From Mytilus californianus (Eukaryota): a stretch of DNA of 64,000 nt. The first letter of the stretch is position 1, and every line of letters starts with the position of its first letter. A model generated the notes under the pieces. That model was not told where the DNA came from and ran no database searches. It saw only the letters and a list, made by a program, of their open reading frames with translations. Location of the stretch: contig NW_026262581.1 of assembly GCF_021869535.1 (NCBI RefSeq), positions 137,826,001 through 137,890,000 of the forward strand, in the 5' to 3' direction. A program made the position numbers and the translations under genes. Below are positions 12,446 through 24,839 of this stretch, in pieces.

Positions 12446-15400
12446 TTATATCTTGGATCTAGAAAAGAATCTATCAATTCGGCAAGGTGATAAATCATAA
12501 GAAGGTTCTTTTCCCATGGCCAACTCTCCAAGAACTTTTCCAACCACTGGTGATAGCTTGAATCCATGACCTGTAGTAGCAATAAATTATTAAACAAAAT
12601 TGTACATAAGCAGTCATAACTTTGCTCTGATTGTTACATAATATCTATATCATAGCTGACCACTGATATCCTTTATGTACTACCTGTTGTATCCATAAGC
12701 AAGTATTTCGCGTTCATGACATCACCACATGCGACTTATCACCGGACTTTTTCTAGACATAAACAACACGAAGGGTGCTATTAAGGGAAAAGAAACTGCT
12801 TACCCTTCATGAACACTTGATTTTAAACCCCAAATTGTTTTAAGGACAAATCTTGACTTTTCAATGTTTTGTGTTTGTCTTTCTTTGATTTGTTGCGTTT
12901 TGTTATTCATACTCTTTTTTAAGTTTCAACTGAGAGAAATATGCTTTCACAGTCTTAGATCTGTGGACACCAGATAAGTCATATGTTCTGTTAAAGTAGA
13001 TATGCCTTGATTTCAGTCCGCAGTAGCGCATGTTATTGTTAAAGTTGATCTGCCTTGATTTCAGTCCGCAGTAGCGCATGTTATTGTTAAAGTTAATCTG
13101 CCTTGATTTCAGTCCTCAGTAGCACATGTTATTGTTAAAGTTGATCTGCCTTGATTTCAGTCCGCAGTAGCGCATGTTATTGTTAAAGTTGATCTGCCTT
13201 CATTTCAGTCCTCAGTAGCACATGTTATTGTTAAAGTTGATCTGCCTTGATTTCAGTCCGCAGTAGCGTATGTTATTGTTAAAGTTGATCTGCCTTGATT
13301 TCAGTCCGCAGTAGCACATGTTATTGTTAAAGTTGATCTGCCTCGATTTCAGTCCGCAGTAGCGCATGTTATTGTTAAAGTTGATCTGCCTTGATTTCAG
13401 TCCGCAGTAGCGCATGTTATTGTTAAAGTTGATCTGCCTTGATTTCAGTCCGCAGTAGCACATGTTATTGTTAAAGTTGATCTGCCTTGATTTCAGTCCG
13501 CAGTAGCACATGTTATTGTTAAAGTTGATCTGCCTTGATTTCAGTCCGCAGTAGCAAATGTTATTGTTAAAGTTGATCTGCCTTGATTTCAGTCCGCAGT
13601 AGCACATGTTATTAGGACTCGTCTTTCGTCAAAACATGTCATCTGTCTGAATTTTAAGTTCACATTTTAAATCTTAAAAACAAAGAAATTGTAAAAACTA
13701 ATTATTAAAACATAGCTTTTGTCATTATATATGTTTGTAATATGATAGTCCCCCAGAATATTGTCTTTCCAGCTTTATTTTTTTTTCACTTAATTGTTTT
13801 TACAATTGTATGTCTTGACATAAATTATTATGTCCGCTGGTGTTTTATCTGCACATGCTGGTGTTTTTGGATGCTTCATTTATAACATTTCGCTAAGATG
13901 TTAGCATAACAAAATTGTACCTGAGAATCCAGCACCAATAATTATATTTTTCCAAGCTGGGTGTTTATCCAATACGAATTCTTCATCTGGTAACCACTGT
14001 AATTATGGTAACAATAGACATAACGTGTAAATAAATAAGTACTTCTCTAAAACAAGATTTTAGAAACGCTGACATTTCAACGTTTACTGAACAAAGGAAG
14101 TTTTTGGGCTTCACAATTTCAGATCTATAGCGAATATTTAGGTCAATTCATTTAGCCATTGCTTTGCGTTTCATTGCGTTTAATCGGATGATTCATGCAT
14201 ATCTTTTTTGTCTGTACTTCGACGATTAACGAGATTTGAAAAACTCCAAGGCAAATCTGGTATCTTGGTAAACTACTGTCGCCATAATCTATATAGATAT
14301 AGGAAGATGTGGTTTGAGTGCCAATGAGACAACAGTCCATCCAAGTAACAATTTATAAAAGTTAACCATTATAGGTCAAGGTACGGCCTTCAACACGGAG
14401 CATTGGCTCATACCGAACAGCAAGTTATAAAGGGCCCTAAAAATTACTAGAGTAAAACCATTCAAACGGGAAAACCAACGGTCTAATCTATATAAAAACG
14501 AGAAACGAGAAACACGTATGAACTACATAAACAGACGACAACTACTGTACATCAGATTCCTGACTTAGGACAGGTGCAAACATTTGCAGCGGGATTAAAC
14601 GTTTTAATGGTACCAAACCTTCTCCCTTTTCTGAAACAATAGTATAACATCACAGCATAGAAAGACATGTCCTTTTATGTTTAATAACATTAACGCTACC
14701 AATTTGATCTGCATGTGATGTGCATTTCGACAATAAATGTCTACTCAGTGATGCTCGAGGCCAAAATATTTGAAAATCCAAAACTTATTTAAAACAATGA
14801 AGAGCTAATAAACCAAAATGGACATGAAATAATAAAATATTCATTCAATCATTCAAAATAATAAAGATGTATATAATTTGTGAAAATCGTTATGATCTTT
14901 GTGCACTTAAATATATTAAAAAGCTACATATTTGCATTTGCTGCTTTGGTCTATGTCAATTATTGAATGCACTTCAACTTACACTGTAAATGCATGTTTC
15001 AAGAATACTTGGTTCTGGAACCAAATTTGGAAAATGCTTTGAGACATAACTTTTCATTTTATCCAACACCCATTTATCATCTGCAGCATCTCTGTTGTCA
15101 GGGTCTATATCTGGACCAAAATGTAAACAAATCTACAACAATGTCAACATATCTTGATAATATATTTGGTTAAAACTATATTCGGACCAAACATGTAAAC
15201 AAATCTACAACCAGATCAATATATCTCTGTTATCTGGGTCTTAAAATGTAAACAAACCTACAATGTCAACACATATATTGATAGGGTCTATATCTGGACC
15301 AAAATGTAAACAAATCTACAAGATCAACACATATTTTGTTAGGGTCTATGTCTGGACCATAATGTAAACAAAACTACAACAAGTTCAACGTATCTTGGTA

Positions 15401-18400
15401 ATTTATAAAAAGAAATGACTTCTTGTTTTTAACTACGAATGTTAGTATTAATTGAGCACGCGCAATATGATAACCAATGAAAACCCCATTTAAGTAGAAA
15501 GTAAATAGTTATAACAATACCACAAAACTGCATGAATATCAAACTTAAAAGTAATTTATCTTCTCAATCGATTTATGAGATTTGAACATCGGTAAACCAC
15601 TGTTGTCTAAATGTAACATTTACATAATAACCTTATTATATCTTTATTAGTGGCAACAACTGTATCATGTTCCAATTTCAGAAATTATTTCAGATCAAGC
15701 AAAGCAAGTTAAAAAAAACACCTGAGGGAATCGCATGAACTCCTAAAAGAGCGAAACTGGGTGCGTCGACAGAGTAAGCGTATGCATGCATCACCCGTTA
15801 TACGAATCCACCATCAGTCAAACGTCACAATTATCCACCCTCAGTCAAACGTCACAACTTACAATAGGACACAATAAGTAAAAACCAGATGTCTATTCTG
15901 GTATCTAAAACCAGATGTCTATTCTGGTATCTAAAGCCAAATGTCTATTCTGGTATCTAAAACCAGATGTCTATTCTGGTATCTAAAGCCAGATGTCTAT
16001 CTGGTATCTAAAACCAGATGTCTATTCTGGTATCTAAAGCCAGATGTCTATTCTGGTATCTAAAACCAGATGTCTATTCTGGTATCTAAAACCAGATGTC
16101 TATTCTGGTATCTAAAACCAGATGTCTATTCTGGCATCTAAAGCCAGATGTCTATTCTGGCATCTAAACCAGATGTCTATTCTGGCATGTAAAGCCAGAT
16201 GTCTATTCTGGCATCTAAAGTCAGATGTCTATTCTGGCATCTAAAGCTAGATGTCTATTCTGGCATCTAAAACCAGATGTCTATTCTAGCATCTAAAACC
16301 AGATGTCTATTCTGGCATCTAAAACCAGATGTCTATTCTGGCATCTAAAACCAGATGTCTATTCTGGTATCTAAAACCAGATGTCTATTCTGGTATCTGA
16401 AACCAGATGTCTATTCTGGCATCTAAAGCCAGATGTCTATTCTTGCATCTAAAGTCAGATGTCTATTCTGGAATCTAAAACCAGATATCTATTCTGGCAT
16501 CTAAAACCAGATGTCTATTCTGGCATCTAAAACCCGATGTCTATTCTGGCATCTAAAACCAGATGTCTATTCTGGTATCTAAAGCCAGATGTCTATTCTG
16601 GTATCTAAAGATCTAAGACTGCGTTAGTGAGTTCACACAGACACATCGTATTTGTCAACTATTTTATGATTGTGACCGTGTAACTTGTGAAATTCTATTC
16701 CAGTTGTTCTTCTATAAATAGTAGTGTAGACACGTCTATGCTATTCCTGTAACACATATTTATCGGTCTTCCTTCAGTCTGTGTCATTCTGTTCATTTCT
16801 TCATAAAATTGCATATCGCGGCTTTATGGCGTCAAACACTTTGACCATGATTTATTTATATCATCGACGGTATAATGTTTGAGTTTGAATCGAACTTATC
16901 AAATCTTCTTCCGATTTATGAAGCAAATAAATATATGTCTATATCATGAAAGACAGAAGAATACAAACCGCAGATTTTAATCATTATTGATATTGTAAAC
17001 AAACATCAGTTGGATGTCAAAATGTAAAGCCTTTTTTAACTGTGCTCGAATTCTAAACAAAAGCTCTTCAATTTATCAACTGTCATACAAATAGGGGTCT
17101 AGTTAGCTATAAAACGAGGTTTAACACATCATTTAATTCGGAAAACGCTTGTACCAAGTCAGGAATATGACGGATGTTTTTCACTCGTCCCGTTGGTTAA
17201 TATTAATTGCTTTTGTCAGTTTCATGGACTTCCCTTTTTTGAATTTACCTTGGAGTTCGATATTTTTGTTTATCTGTTATACCGAATTAGTTTTTGATTT
17301 TCAACCGTTTTGGCCTAGAGCATCACTGAAGAGAAATTCATTATCGAAATATGCATATGGTGCAGATAAATTTGCACCGTCAATGTTATAATGACTCCCA
17401 GCTGATATTTTACAGTATCAAAATGAAAAAAAAATGATAATCGGTATTTAATATACCTATCTATACCTTTCTAAGGACGATATATCATCATATAGTTACC
17501 TAAACATGTTAAGGATATTCTGCATTGGTAACTTATGAATTCTTTGGTATCTATTCCACATACTTTCTGCCGGGAGCAAAAATACACATCATAGTTACCT
17601 GCCGGATTCCCCATTGAGTAACTCACATACGTTCCCTAAACACGTCCTTCGCATTCCACTTAGGATAAAAATATACCTAAAGATACATAAGCATGCCCAA
17701 TGTGCTTTGTCAATAGGTAAACCTCATACTTTATGATTACCTTAAAATACTGGGTAACCCATAAAATTACGTCATAGTTACCTTAACATGTCCAGGATAT
17801 TCCTCACTTGGTAACCCATACACACTATAGTTATCTACCCCCGGATGTTGTACAAAGACAGGGAATTTGTTCACAGCATATTGCCCAGGAAACTTCTCTT
17901 TCCAGTAACAAACTGTTATTCTTAAAGGCTGAAAGTTAGTGCTAGTAATTTTGATATAAGCGAAATTATATATTTGTTGTGCTAATATTTTGTTTCATTC
18001 ATACAAAAGTTTAAGAAAAACAATGATTGTAATGATTAACGTTTCTGTGGATGCTTCACTTTCTATTTTCCACGAATGTAATAGTCTATAAAACAAAAGT
18101 ATGGAAGACATTTGTTTTCCATTCGTTTGATGTGTTTGAGTTTTAATTTTGCCATTTGATAAGGGACTTTCCGATTTGAATTTTCCTTGAGTTTTTGCAG
18201 TACCGACGAATTCGGTATTTTTGTTATTTTACTTTTTTTATAATTATAAGATTTGCTTTTCCTTTGTATGGTTTGATTGTGCTATTATAACTGTTTGATC
18301 TTTCCCGGATAGTATTAACAGGTAGAGTTAAGTACTTGCAAAATAAATTAAAACGACGAAAGTTTGGTATGTCTATCCTAATAAAAAATGGCGTTTTGTC

Positions 18401-21177
18401 TACTATTTGATGTATCTGTTGAATTTATCCCAACCTAACTAAGTGGGGCATGCATACCCACTTGGTGCTTATTCAGTGCTGGATTTCAGCTTTATATGTC
18501 ATATGATGTCGTTTTGGGTTGGTTAAATTGTCTAATCAACGTTCTTTCCACAACCGTTCTAATTTATATGCTACATTGATTCAGTTTCATCTTATATTCA
18601 TCATATAATAAATACCTACCCTTAATGGAATGTGAACACCAAGAGACGGCAAAATAGTTTTGGCCCATGGACCAACAGTCAACACAAGATTATTGCACTT
18701 GTACGATAATTTAGAAGTTATGACAGTGATAACATGTCCAGGTATGATATTGACCATTGCCTCTCCATCATGTAGTTCACCGCCAAACTTTTGGAATTGA
18801 TCCTGAAATCGATTAAATAGAAAATATCAATGGCTATAATAACAGTGGATATTTGGCACGCTGTCAAGCCATAATCATCTCACCATCATATGTACCAAGT
18901 CAACACTGAATAAACAATAGCAATTAAATTAGGGTCATTTATAGATTATCCAAAAAGAATCCAGATTACGTGGGCAAACCTTGATTAAGCAGAAAGTATG
19001 ATCAGACCACTTTTTAACTCTTTATTTCGGAAATTAAAAAGTCTTATATGTCTCATGAATAGCTAGTATCGCAATACCCTTATCTATGATATATTTCTAA
19101 ATCCATTTTTGCTTCAAGCGGGGGATATGAATATGGCTTTTCGCTGTTGTAGATATTTCAATGTAATACAGCTACATCAGTCTTGTTCTATTGTATGATA
19201 TAAAAGTGCTTGGAAAAGTTTTATTTCGTCATTTTTCAGCAAAAGATAGTGACTCTTTAAGGATAACCTGATATGCTTTGTTTTATACTTTTAAATTCAA
19301 AACTAACAAAAAAGGGGTATTGTTTTTTAACAAAGCAATTTTACCTGGAATGCTTTGAGAGCCTTGTCAGCCCGTAATATTCCACCGCTGTGATCTAATA
19401 CGTATGTGAAATCATTTGGGTAAGAAATCATTGGATACTTGACCTTTGCTTCATCCGAACCATAAACGTCCATTGGTATATTATGTTTTCTCATTGCTTT
19501 GATTGTGCTTTCAACAAATTCGTTACCTGGTTCACCTACGGATAACATTCCTGTGTTTCTGAAAAGATCAATATTTGAAATGAGATAGAAGTTTTATCAC
19601 CAGACCAGAAGAAAATAGACGAGCTTTAGCTGTGTATCTGTAATATAAAATACGTATTATATAAGAACAATGTCAACATTAAATCTGAACAAATATAAAG
19701 ATACTGCTGCATATCAAACAAAAGTAGATCATTATCATGATTTATCGTAATCATAATGTGTATGATTTAATAAGGCGAAAATCGTGTTCATGTTTACACT
19801 TGGCCGAATTTATTGAGTTCTGGTACTTTTTGTAATAGTCCTAAATATTCATTTAATGTACTGTATAATAATAATAGTTTTCTGTATAGAAGTTAAATCA
19901 GAGATAAATTAGACAATATCGATTAAATACATGAATATTTCTGTTTTACTCTCTCTTTCCAACTGCTCCCATAATTGAAAGGCTTCATTCATCATGACGG
20001 CGTAATGTTCCTTTGAGCCATATGCCTTTCTGGTGATCCGGCTCTGTCCATGAGAACTACCCCGGTTATGAGGCAGAGGAAACTGAAAGTAATTCAAATA
20101 TTACAGCCTAGTACTATCAATTATTTACTCCAAATTTTAAGTAATATTCTTAAATTGCACTCCTCAATTTGTGGTTCCCTATATGATGATTTTTCAATCA
20201 GTAAATCACGTATCGTACGTAATCTTAAAAAGCATTGCTCCAAATAAAGTAAAAATTTGAATCATTTTATCAAAAGATACCCGAAATTAATTGAAGATTA
20301 GTTTATGTGGCCTTATTATTTTTTTTAATTTTGTAATTAAACATGCAAAGCACTGAGAAACGAGTAAGGACAATAGGACTTAATTTACCCTTACTTTAGT
20401 ATAAATATCATACGGGATACTTGTATTTAACCCTGACATGACTAATGTAATATGTGTTTGTTTCCTCCTTAAGAAAATAGGGTAGTTAGCTAAGATTTTT
20501 TTTGGATTTGCTGAACATTTTTTACTTTGAGTATATTTGTGAAACCGGCATTTTTCCGATTTACTACCAGTGTGTCAATAAGATCTTTTAGTAAGCATCT
20601 TGAGGCATATAAATAGAGAAGGGGGAAACCCTAAACATATATACATTTTTTATGTTTGGCCTAACATATAAATATCTACGGGTCATGTTTGTTTGCTTTT
20701 TAATCGCATAACACTATCCATCTCATATTTGTGAAGGTACCAGAACCTTAACAAAAACATGAGAGAAAGCGTGTATTTCTTTAATTCGAAATCTTTAATA
20801 AGTTTCTCACAAATTCATTATGTACGCAATTCTCAATATAATCAACGACATATAGTTGACAAATGCGATACATGTACAAATTCTTCCGATTTTAGTATAC
20901 GCCTCAATGACAACAGTACGGCGATACATTATGTTTATCCAATGATCCAGTTGACATAGTGGGACAAAGATAGCTCGTAATAAATGTGTAGATAAGCGGT
21001 CGTGCATTTGAAAAGAGAAATGTCCTGCTTACTGGACACACTTATTACATTATGCAATACTTAATAAGTTACCTGCTCCAAAAGAAGAGTTTTCTGTCCC
21101 TGCTTGGCTAGATAGTAGGCAGTAGACGAGCCCTCTATCCCTGCACCAACCACAATAGTATCATAGATACCGGACAT
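12446..21177 (-). CDS. PIPOX: Peroxisomal sarcosine oxidase / L-pipecolate oxidase-like, paralog B, 383 aa, complete
   Basis: Exons 21073-21177, 19931-20082, 19345-19558, 18620-18802, 17782-17928, 14983-15132, 13921-13996, 12446-12570 (1152 nt including TAA). [42 protein letters not shown]; C-terminal SKI (PTS1-like). Confidence 0.93.
12990..13612. repeat. 48-bp minisatellite, about 13 copies, in PIPOX-B intron 7
   Basis: Unit ATGTTATTGTTAAAGTTGATCTGCCTTGATTTCAGTCCGCAGTAGCRC repeated head-to-tail. Confidence 0.95.
14293..14663. mobile_element. Abundant unclassified interspersed repeat (terminus AAGATGTGGTATGATTGCCAATGAGACAACT)
   Basis: Near-identical to 36549-36918. Shorter or older copies near 8970-9120 (reverse), 27545-27680, 35480-35780, 45110-45400, 45540-45610 and 46795-46890. 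Confidence 0.75.
14712..14753 (-). ncRNA. Degenerate minimal type I hammerhead motif
   Basis: Minus strand CATCA-CTGAGTA-GAC-ATTTATT-GTC-GAAA-TGCACA-TC-ACATG; core and stem I mutated. Confidence 0.45.
15122..15385 (-). repeat. Five degenerate tandem copies of the PIPOX-B intron5/exon6 junction
   Basis: TTGTAG|(A/G/T)TTTGTTTACAT recurs with acceptor AGs at plus coordinates 15133-34 (real), 15205-06, 15258-59, 15316-17 and 15374-75. Confidence 0.85.
15884..16617. repeat. 26-bp minisatellite, about 28 copies, in PIPOX-B intron 5
   Basis: Unit CCAGATGTCTATTCTGGYATCTAAAR with an internal inverted repeat CCAGA...TCTGG. Confidence 0.95.
17321..17362 (+). ncRNA. Degenerate minimal type I hammerhead motif
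   Basis: CATCA-CTGAAGA-GAA-ATTCATT-ATC-GAAA-TATGCA-TA-TGGTG; core intact, stems II and III weakened. Confidence 0.5.
17488..17790 (-). repeat. Degenerate copies of the PIPOX-B exon5 3' end plus donor
   Basis: Minus-strand echoes of GTTACC...ATATCC...CATGTTAAG|GTAACTATGA with donor GTs at plus coordinates 17780-81 (real), 17739-40, 17597-98 and 17498-99. Confidence 0.7.
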
Positions 21178-22167
21178 CTTCTATCAAGTCCAATGATAAA
21201 ACATACTGTAGGTTATACGATATTGACAAAGATTTGTTAACTCCCTTTTATAATATGTTTCGTTTATCTTCTTCATTACCTTTGATTAAGATTCTGAGTT
21301 TAAACGTCTGAAAAGGGATTTTAAAGTGAGGTTTAACCATTTGACAGCGCTAGGTACAGAGTACGACAATAAAGTTTTACAAGCCGAATAAATAATAATT
21401 ACAAACTTTTACAATTTGAAAACTATTTTTTTAATATAAAATAGATGCTAGGATGCTGGAAATTCACAAAAATAAAAATATAACGTCCTAATGACAGATA
21501 TGATGTCAGAAAGTGTAGTTGGAGGTATTCTCCTATGAACAACGTAAAAGATAAATTCTGCGTAGAACATGACGTTCATTCTAAAACGTTGCGGTCAATG
21601 GGTTAACCCCAGCAAAAAAAAATTAACGTTGTCATAAAGAACGGGGGGGGGGGGGGGGGTGGGGGGGTCTCAACTTGGGATTTGGGGTGCAGACGAGCAG
21701 CTGGGATGGCATTAACCTCGAGACAAAATGCCTCAAATAAATTCATTCAAATATATATAGTGAAATTTCCAAGCCAACGAATTTTCAGCTTTAATAGAAC
21801 ACCCTCCCTGCAGGCTAAATCATTACTTTTCGTTCAGAGAAATGCTTAAACTGTTTTAAAAATCAGGTCGTAGAATCAAAATATGGCGCACATTTGTTAA
21901 GATTTGAGGTTTAGAGTCAGTGTTTGATTTTTTTTATTAGTGTTCATTTATTTTAAAAGGGGTTTTAAGTCAGAAAATAATACATGACCCCATATGTATC
22001 GTATTAGGTCATTAGCACACTGCGTAACGAATTTATCTTACGGACTAGCTTAAGATGTGGCATTTCGACTAATGGCATGTCAAAGTGATCAAGTCTTCAA
22101 TATAAAGAACCTACTTCCACTGGTCTATACAAAAACAAATGCCAACAGTAACAACTTGTTAGCTTTT

Positions 22168-22451
22168 AAAAGAGGGGCGAAAGATACCAGAGGGACAGTC
22201 AAACTCATAGATCGAAAATAAAATGACAACGCCATGGCTAAAAAATAAAAATAAAAACAGACAAATAATAGTACACAAGACACAACATAGAAAACTAAAG
22301 ACTAAGCATTCAACACGAACCCCACCAAAACTGGGGGTGATCTCAGGTGCTCCGGAAGGGTAAGCAGATCCTGCTCCACATGTGGCACCCGTCGTGTTGC
22401 TCATGTTATTACAAATCCGGTAAATAGTCTAATTCGGTAGGTCACATTCGT
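22168..22451 (-). mobile_element. Isolated 3' UTR module of the Naiad-type element (matches 2581-2870)
   Basis: Reverse complement reads GAATGTGACCTACCGAATTAGAC...GCAGGATCTGCTTACCCTTCCGGAGCACC..GATCACCCCCAGTTTTGGTGGGG...CTTTCGCCCC. Confidence 0.8.
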
Positions 22452-23183
22452 GGTGAAAAAGGAAGTGGATTGTAATTACGACATAAGGAACAATAAAAAA
22501 CATCTTTTAATGTGTTTTCCGAATTTATTTCAATCGTTCATCATCAATTTCTTCATATGTTGTCCGGGTGAAACGTTTAAGATTTTTCCTCGACGCCGTG
22601 TTGTTTCAATAAAGGCACATACCACCACTACTAACCGTATATTGAAATAAACCACAGCTTCTAACCCCATATGAAATATACACGGTGTCCACGCGGTCGC
22701 TTTTAACCAATGATATTCTTAGAAATGTTTAGGAGGTAAGATAAAATATCATTCTCTACTTTAATGTATCTAAATGCCTTCATGTATTTTATTTTTCTTT
22801 TATTTTTGCATTAATCGATTTTAAATTTTTTAAGAATTTATCATAAAAAATGAAATATAAAAGCTACAGTGAATAAAGGGATTAAATGTGTTCAGAATTT
22901 TGAAATGATATCCCAAATCTAAATTTTCCGTTCTGTGGTTAAAAACAAAATATTTTGTATAAAGTACTATACTTAACACTATATTTCAATGTTGTTGTTC
23001 ATAAGTTACAACTCTATTTGCATATGTGAAGCGGGCAAAATTCTGTTTGGTTCATAATTCGTATACTAAATGTTAGTTTACCTTCAATTCAACTTCTCAG
23101 TGTTACTTTATTGACCAGTATGGTAAACATCATAATACAGAATTTCTACACTGTGTGACAAAGTCGTCAGAATGTTATATATA

Positions 23184-24831
23184 CAGTCCGCCAAAAGTTA
23201 AGCACCACCTAAATATAACTGGGAATATTTTTTTAACTATTGCGAAAAAAATATTTATGTTTGGTGTTATGAATTGCCTATAACATACACTAAGAAAATT
23301 CATTACGACAAAAAAAAAAATTCGATCAACACGTCAAGCAATTTTTTATTAAAGGTCATCCGCACTTTTTCGAATACACTGTTTTAATGCCTTTAAATCA
23401 TAGATCTTCCTACTGCCCCGCGTACAGGTGAAATTTGACCTTCACCAAGTCACTGTGAAATGTGGCAGGGGGTAAGTTATATGTGACTAAACCTTGACAA
23501 GCAATTGACATGTCAAATGCCGGTAGGAGCACTAGTTGCATAGGTAACCATTTCAATGTTAAACACACCGTCATTTTCAGATTTTTACAACGTCATGTTG
23601 ACACAGGAACTGTAATTGATAGACCAAGGTCCGGAAGACCCCGTTTAAGTACTGATCGTGATGACAGACTCCTTATTGGTTGCGCAAAAGCCAACCCATT
23701 TACTCCTGCCCCACAACTTAGACACCACTGGCGTCAAGGTGGTCATGTTAGTGTTCGAACATTGGTCCGTCGACTTCATAGAGGCTACGTAAGAGCACGT
23801 CGTGTTGTCAAGAGACCTGCCCTAACAGCCAGGCACCGTATAATCAGGTTTCAAAGGGCTAATGACCATCGACGCTGGAACATGAGAAGCTGGCAAAATG
23901 TTCATTGGTCAAATGAGAGTCAGTTTCTGTTACGACCAATAGACGGCAGAATACGAATTTGCCGTGGAAATAAAACTGCTAATGACCAAAACAACATTTG
24001 CCCAACGACTGCATACGTTGCTGGTGGTGTTACAGTATGGGGTTTCTTATCATACTGTTGTAAGGTGGGTATGCATATTCTGCAGGGTAACATGAACGGA
24101 CAGACATACAGGGATTTGGTGCTTAGAAACATTGTAGTCCCTCATTTTGATAATCTTCCACTTGCTTCAAGACCCTTGTGCATGTACGACAATGCTAGAC
24201 CACACAGGGCAAGGATTGTAACCGAGTACAAAGAGTACAAAGAGCAAGAAGCCATTGACACTATCTTTTGGCCTTCCATGTCTCCAGACATGAACCCTAT
24301 CGAACATGTCTGGGATGCCATTGGCAGAAATCTCAATCGCAGAGATCCACCTTTGCAAAATCTTAGCGATTTAAGAAGCGCAATTGTTGCTGAATGGAAT
24401 AAATTTGCTCAACTAAAGTTCAGAAGGCTTGTACAGAGTATGAGACTCCATGTTATGGAACTGTACCGGAAGAGAGGGTGTTACACATCCTATTGACTCA
24501 AATATTGACATTAAATTTGCCGAACATACCAAAGATTATTTGTAGAGACTTTTAATGATATTGGGTGATTAATTGTTGTAAAAAAATAAAATCACAGTGA
24601 AACTTAAATTCCTTTTCTGATTTGTGTAATTTTCACTATTTCTATGAACGCAAATTTCAAATGCATAGAACCTGCATACGTGAACAAACTTAAGTCTGCT
24701 GTTTGTTTATGGTATATTTTAGCAAAATTGCTACATGAATATTTTCTCTTTTTCGAGGATTAACTGATTTTTTTAAATGAAAAACATTTCGATGCAATAA
24801 AAATAGGTGGTGCTTAACTTTTGGCGGACTG
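23184..24831 (+). mobile_element. Full-length Tc1/mariner DNA transposon, 1648 bp
   Basis: Perfect 28-bp TIRs CAGTCCGCCAAAAGTTAAGCACCACCTA (23184-23211 and 24804-24831), TA on both flanks, internal transposase ORF. Confidence 0.95.
23510..24496 (+). CDS. Tc1-family transposase, 328 aa, probably catalytically dead
   Basis: HTH region with RPRSGRPR, WSNESQF (first catalytic D replaced by N), YDNARPH, WPSMSPDMNPIEHVW. Confidence 0.9.
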   Translation: MSNAGRSTSCIGNHFNVKHTVIFRFLQRHVDTGTVIDRPRSGRPRLSTDRDDRLLIGCAKANPFTPAPQLRHHWRQGGHVSVRTLVRRLHRGYVRARRVVKRPALTARHRIIRFQRANDHRRWNMRSWQNVHWSNESQFLLRPIDGRIRICRGNKTANDQNNICPTTAYVAGGVTVWGFLSYCCKVGMHILQGNMNGQTYRDLVLRNIVVPHFDNLPLASRPLCMYDNARPHRARIVTEYKEYKEQEAIDTIFWPSMSPDMNPIEHVWDAIGRNLNRRDPPLQNLSDLRSAIVAEWNKFAQLKFRRLVQSMRLHVMELYRKRGCYTSY

Positions 24832-24839
24832 TATATATA

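Noticed and set aside
13212-13607. 131-aa ORF of repeated [16 protein letters not shown]
   Set aside because: Translation of the 48-bp intronic minisatellite; open only because the unit is a multiple of 3.
13835-13880. GCTGGTGTTTT repeats as echoes of PIPOX-B exon 7
   Set aside because: Only about 11-nt similarity; not distinguishable from chance by eye.
21643-21667. G17-T-G7 tract upstream of PIPOX-B as a regulatory G-quadruplex
   Set aside because: Homopolymer length is error-prone, and such tracts are common in TE remnants; nothing else supports function.
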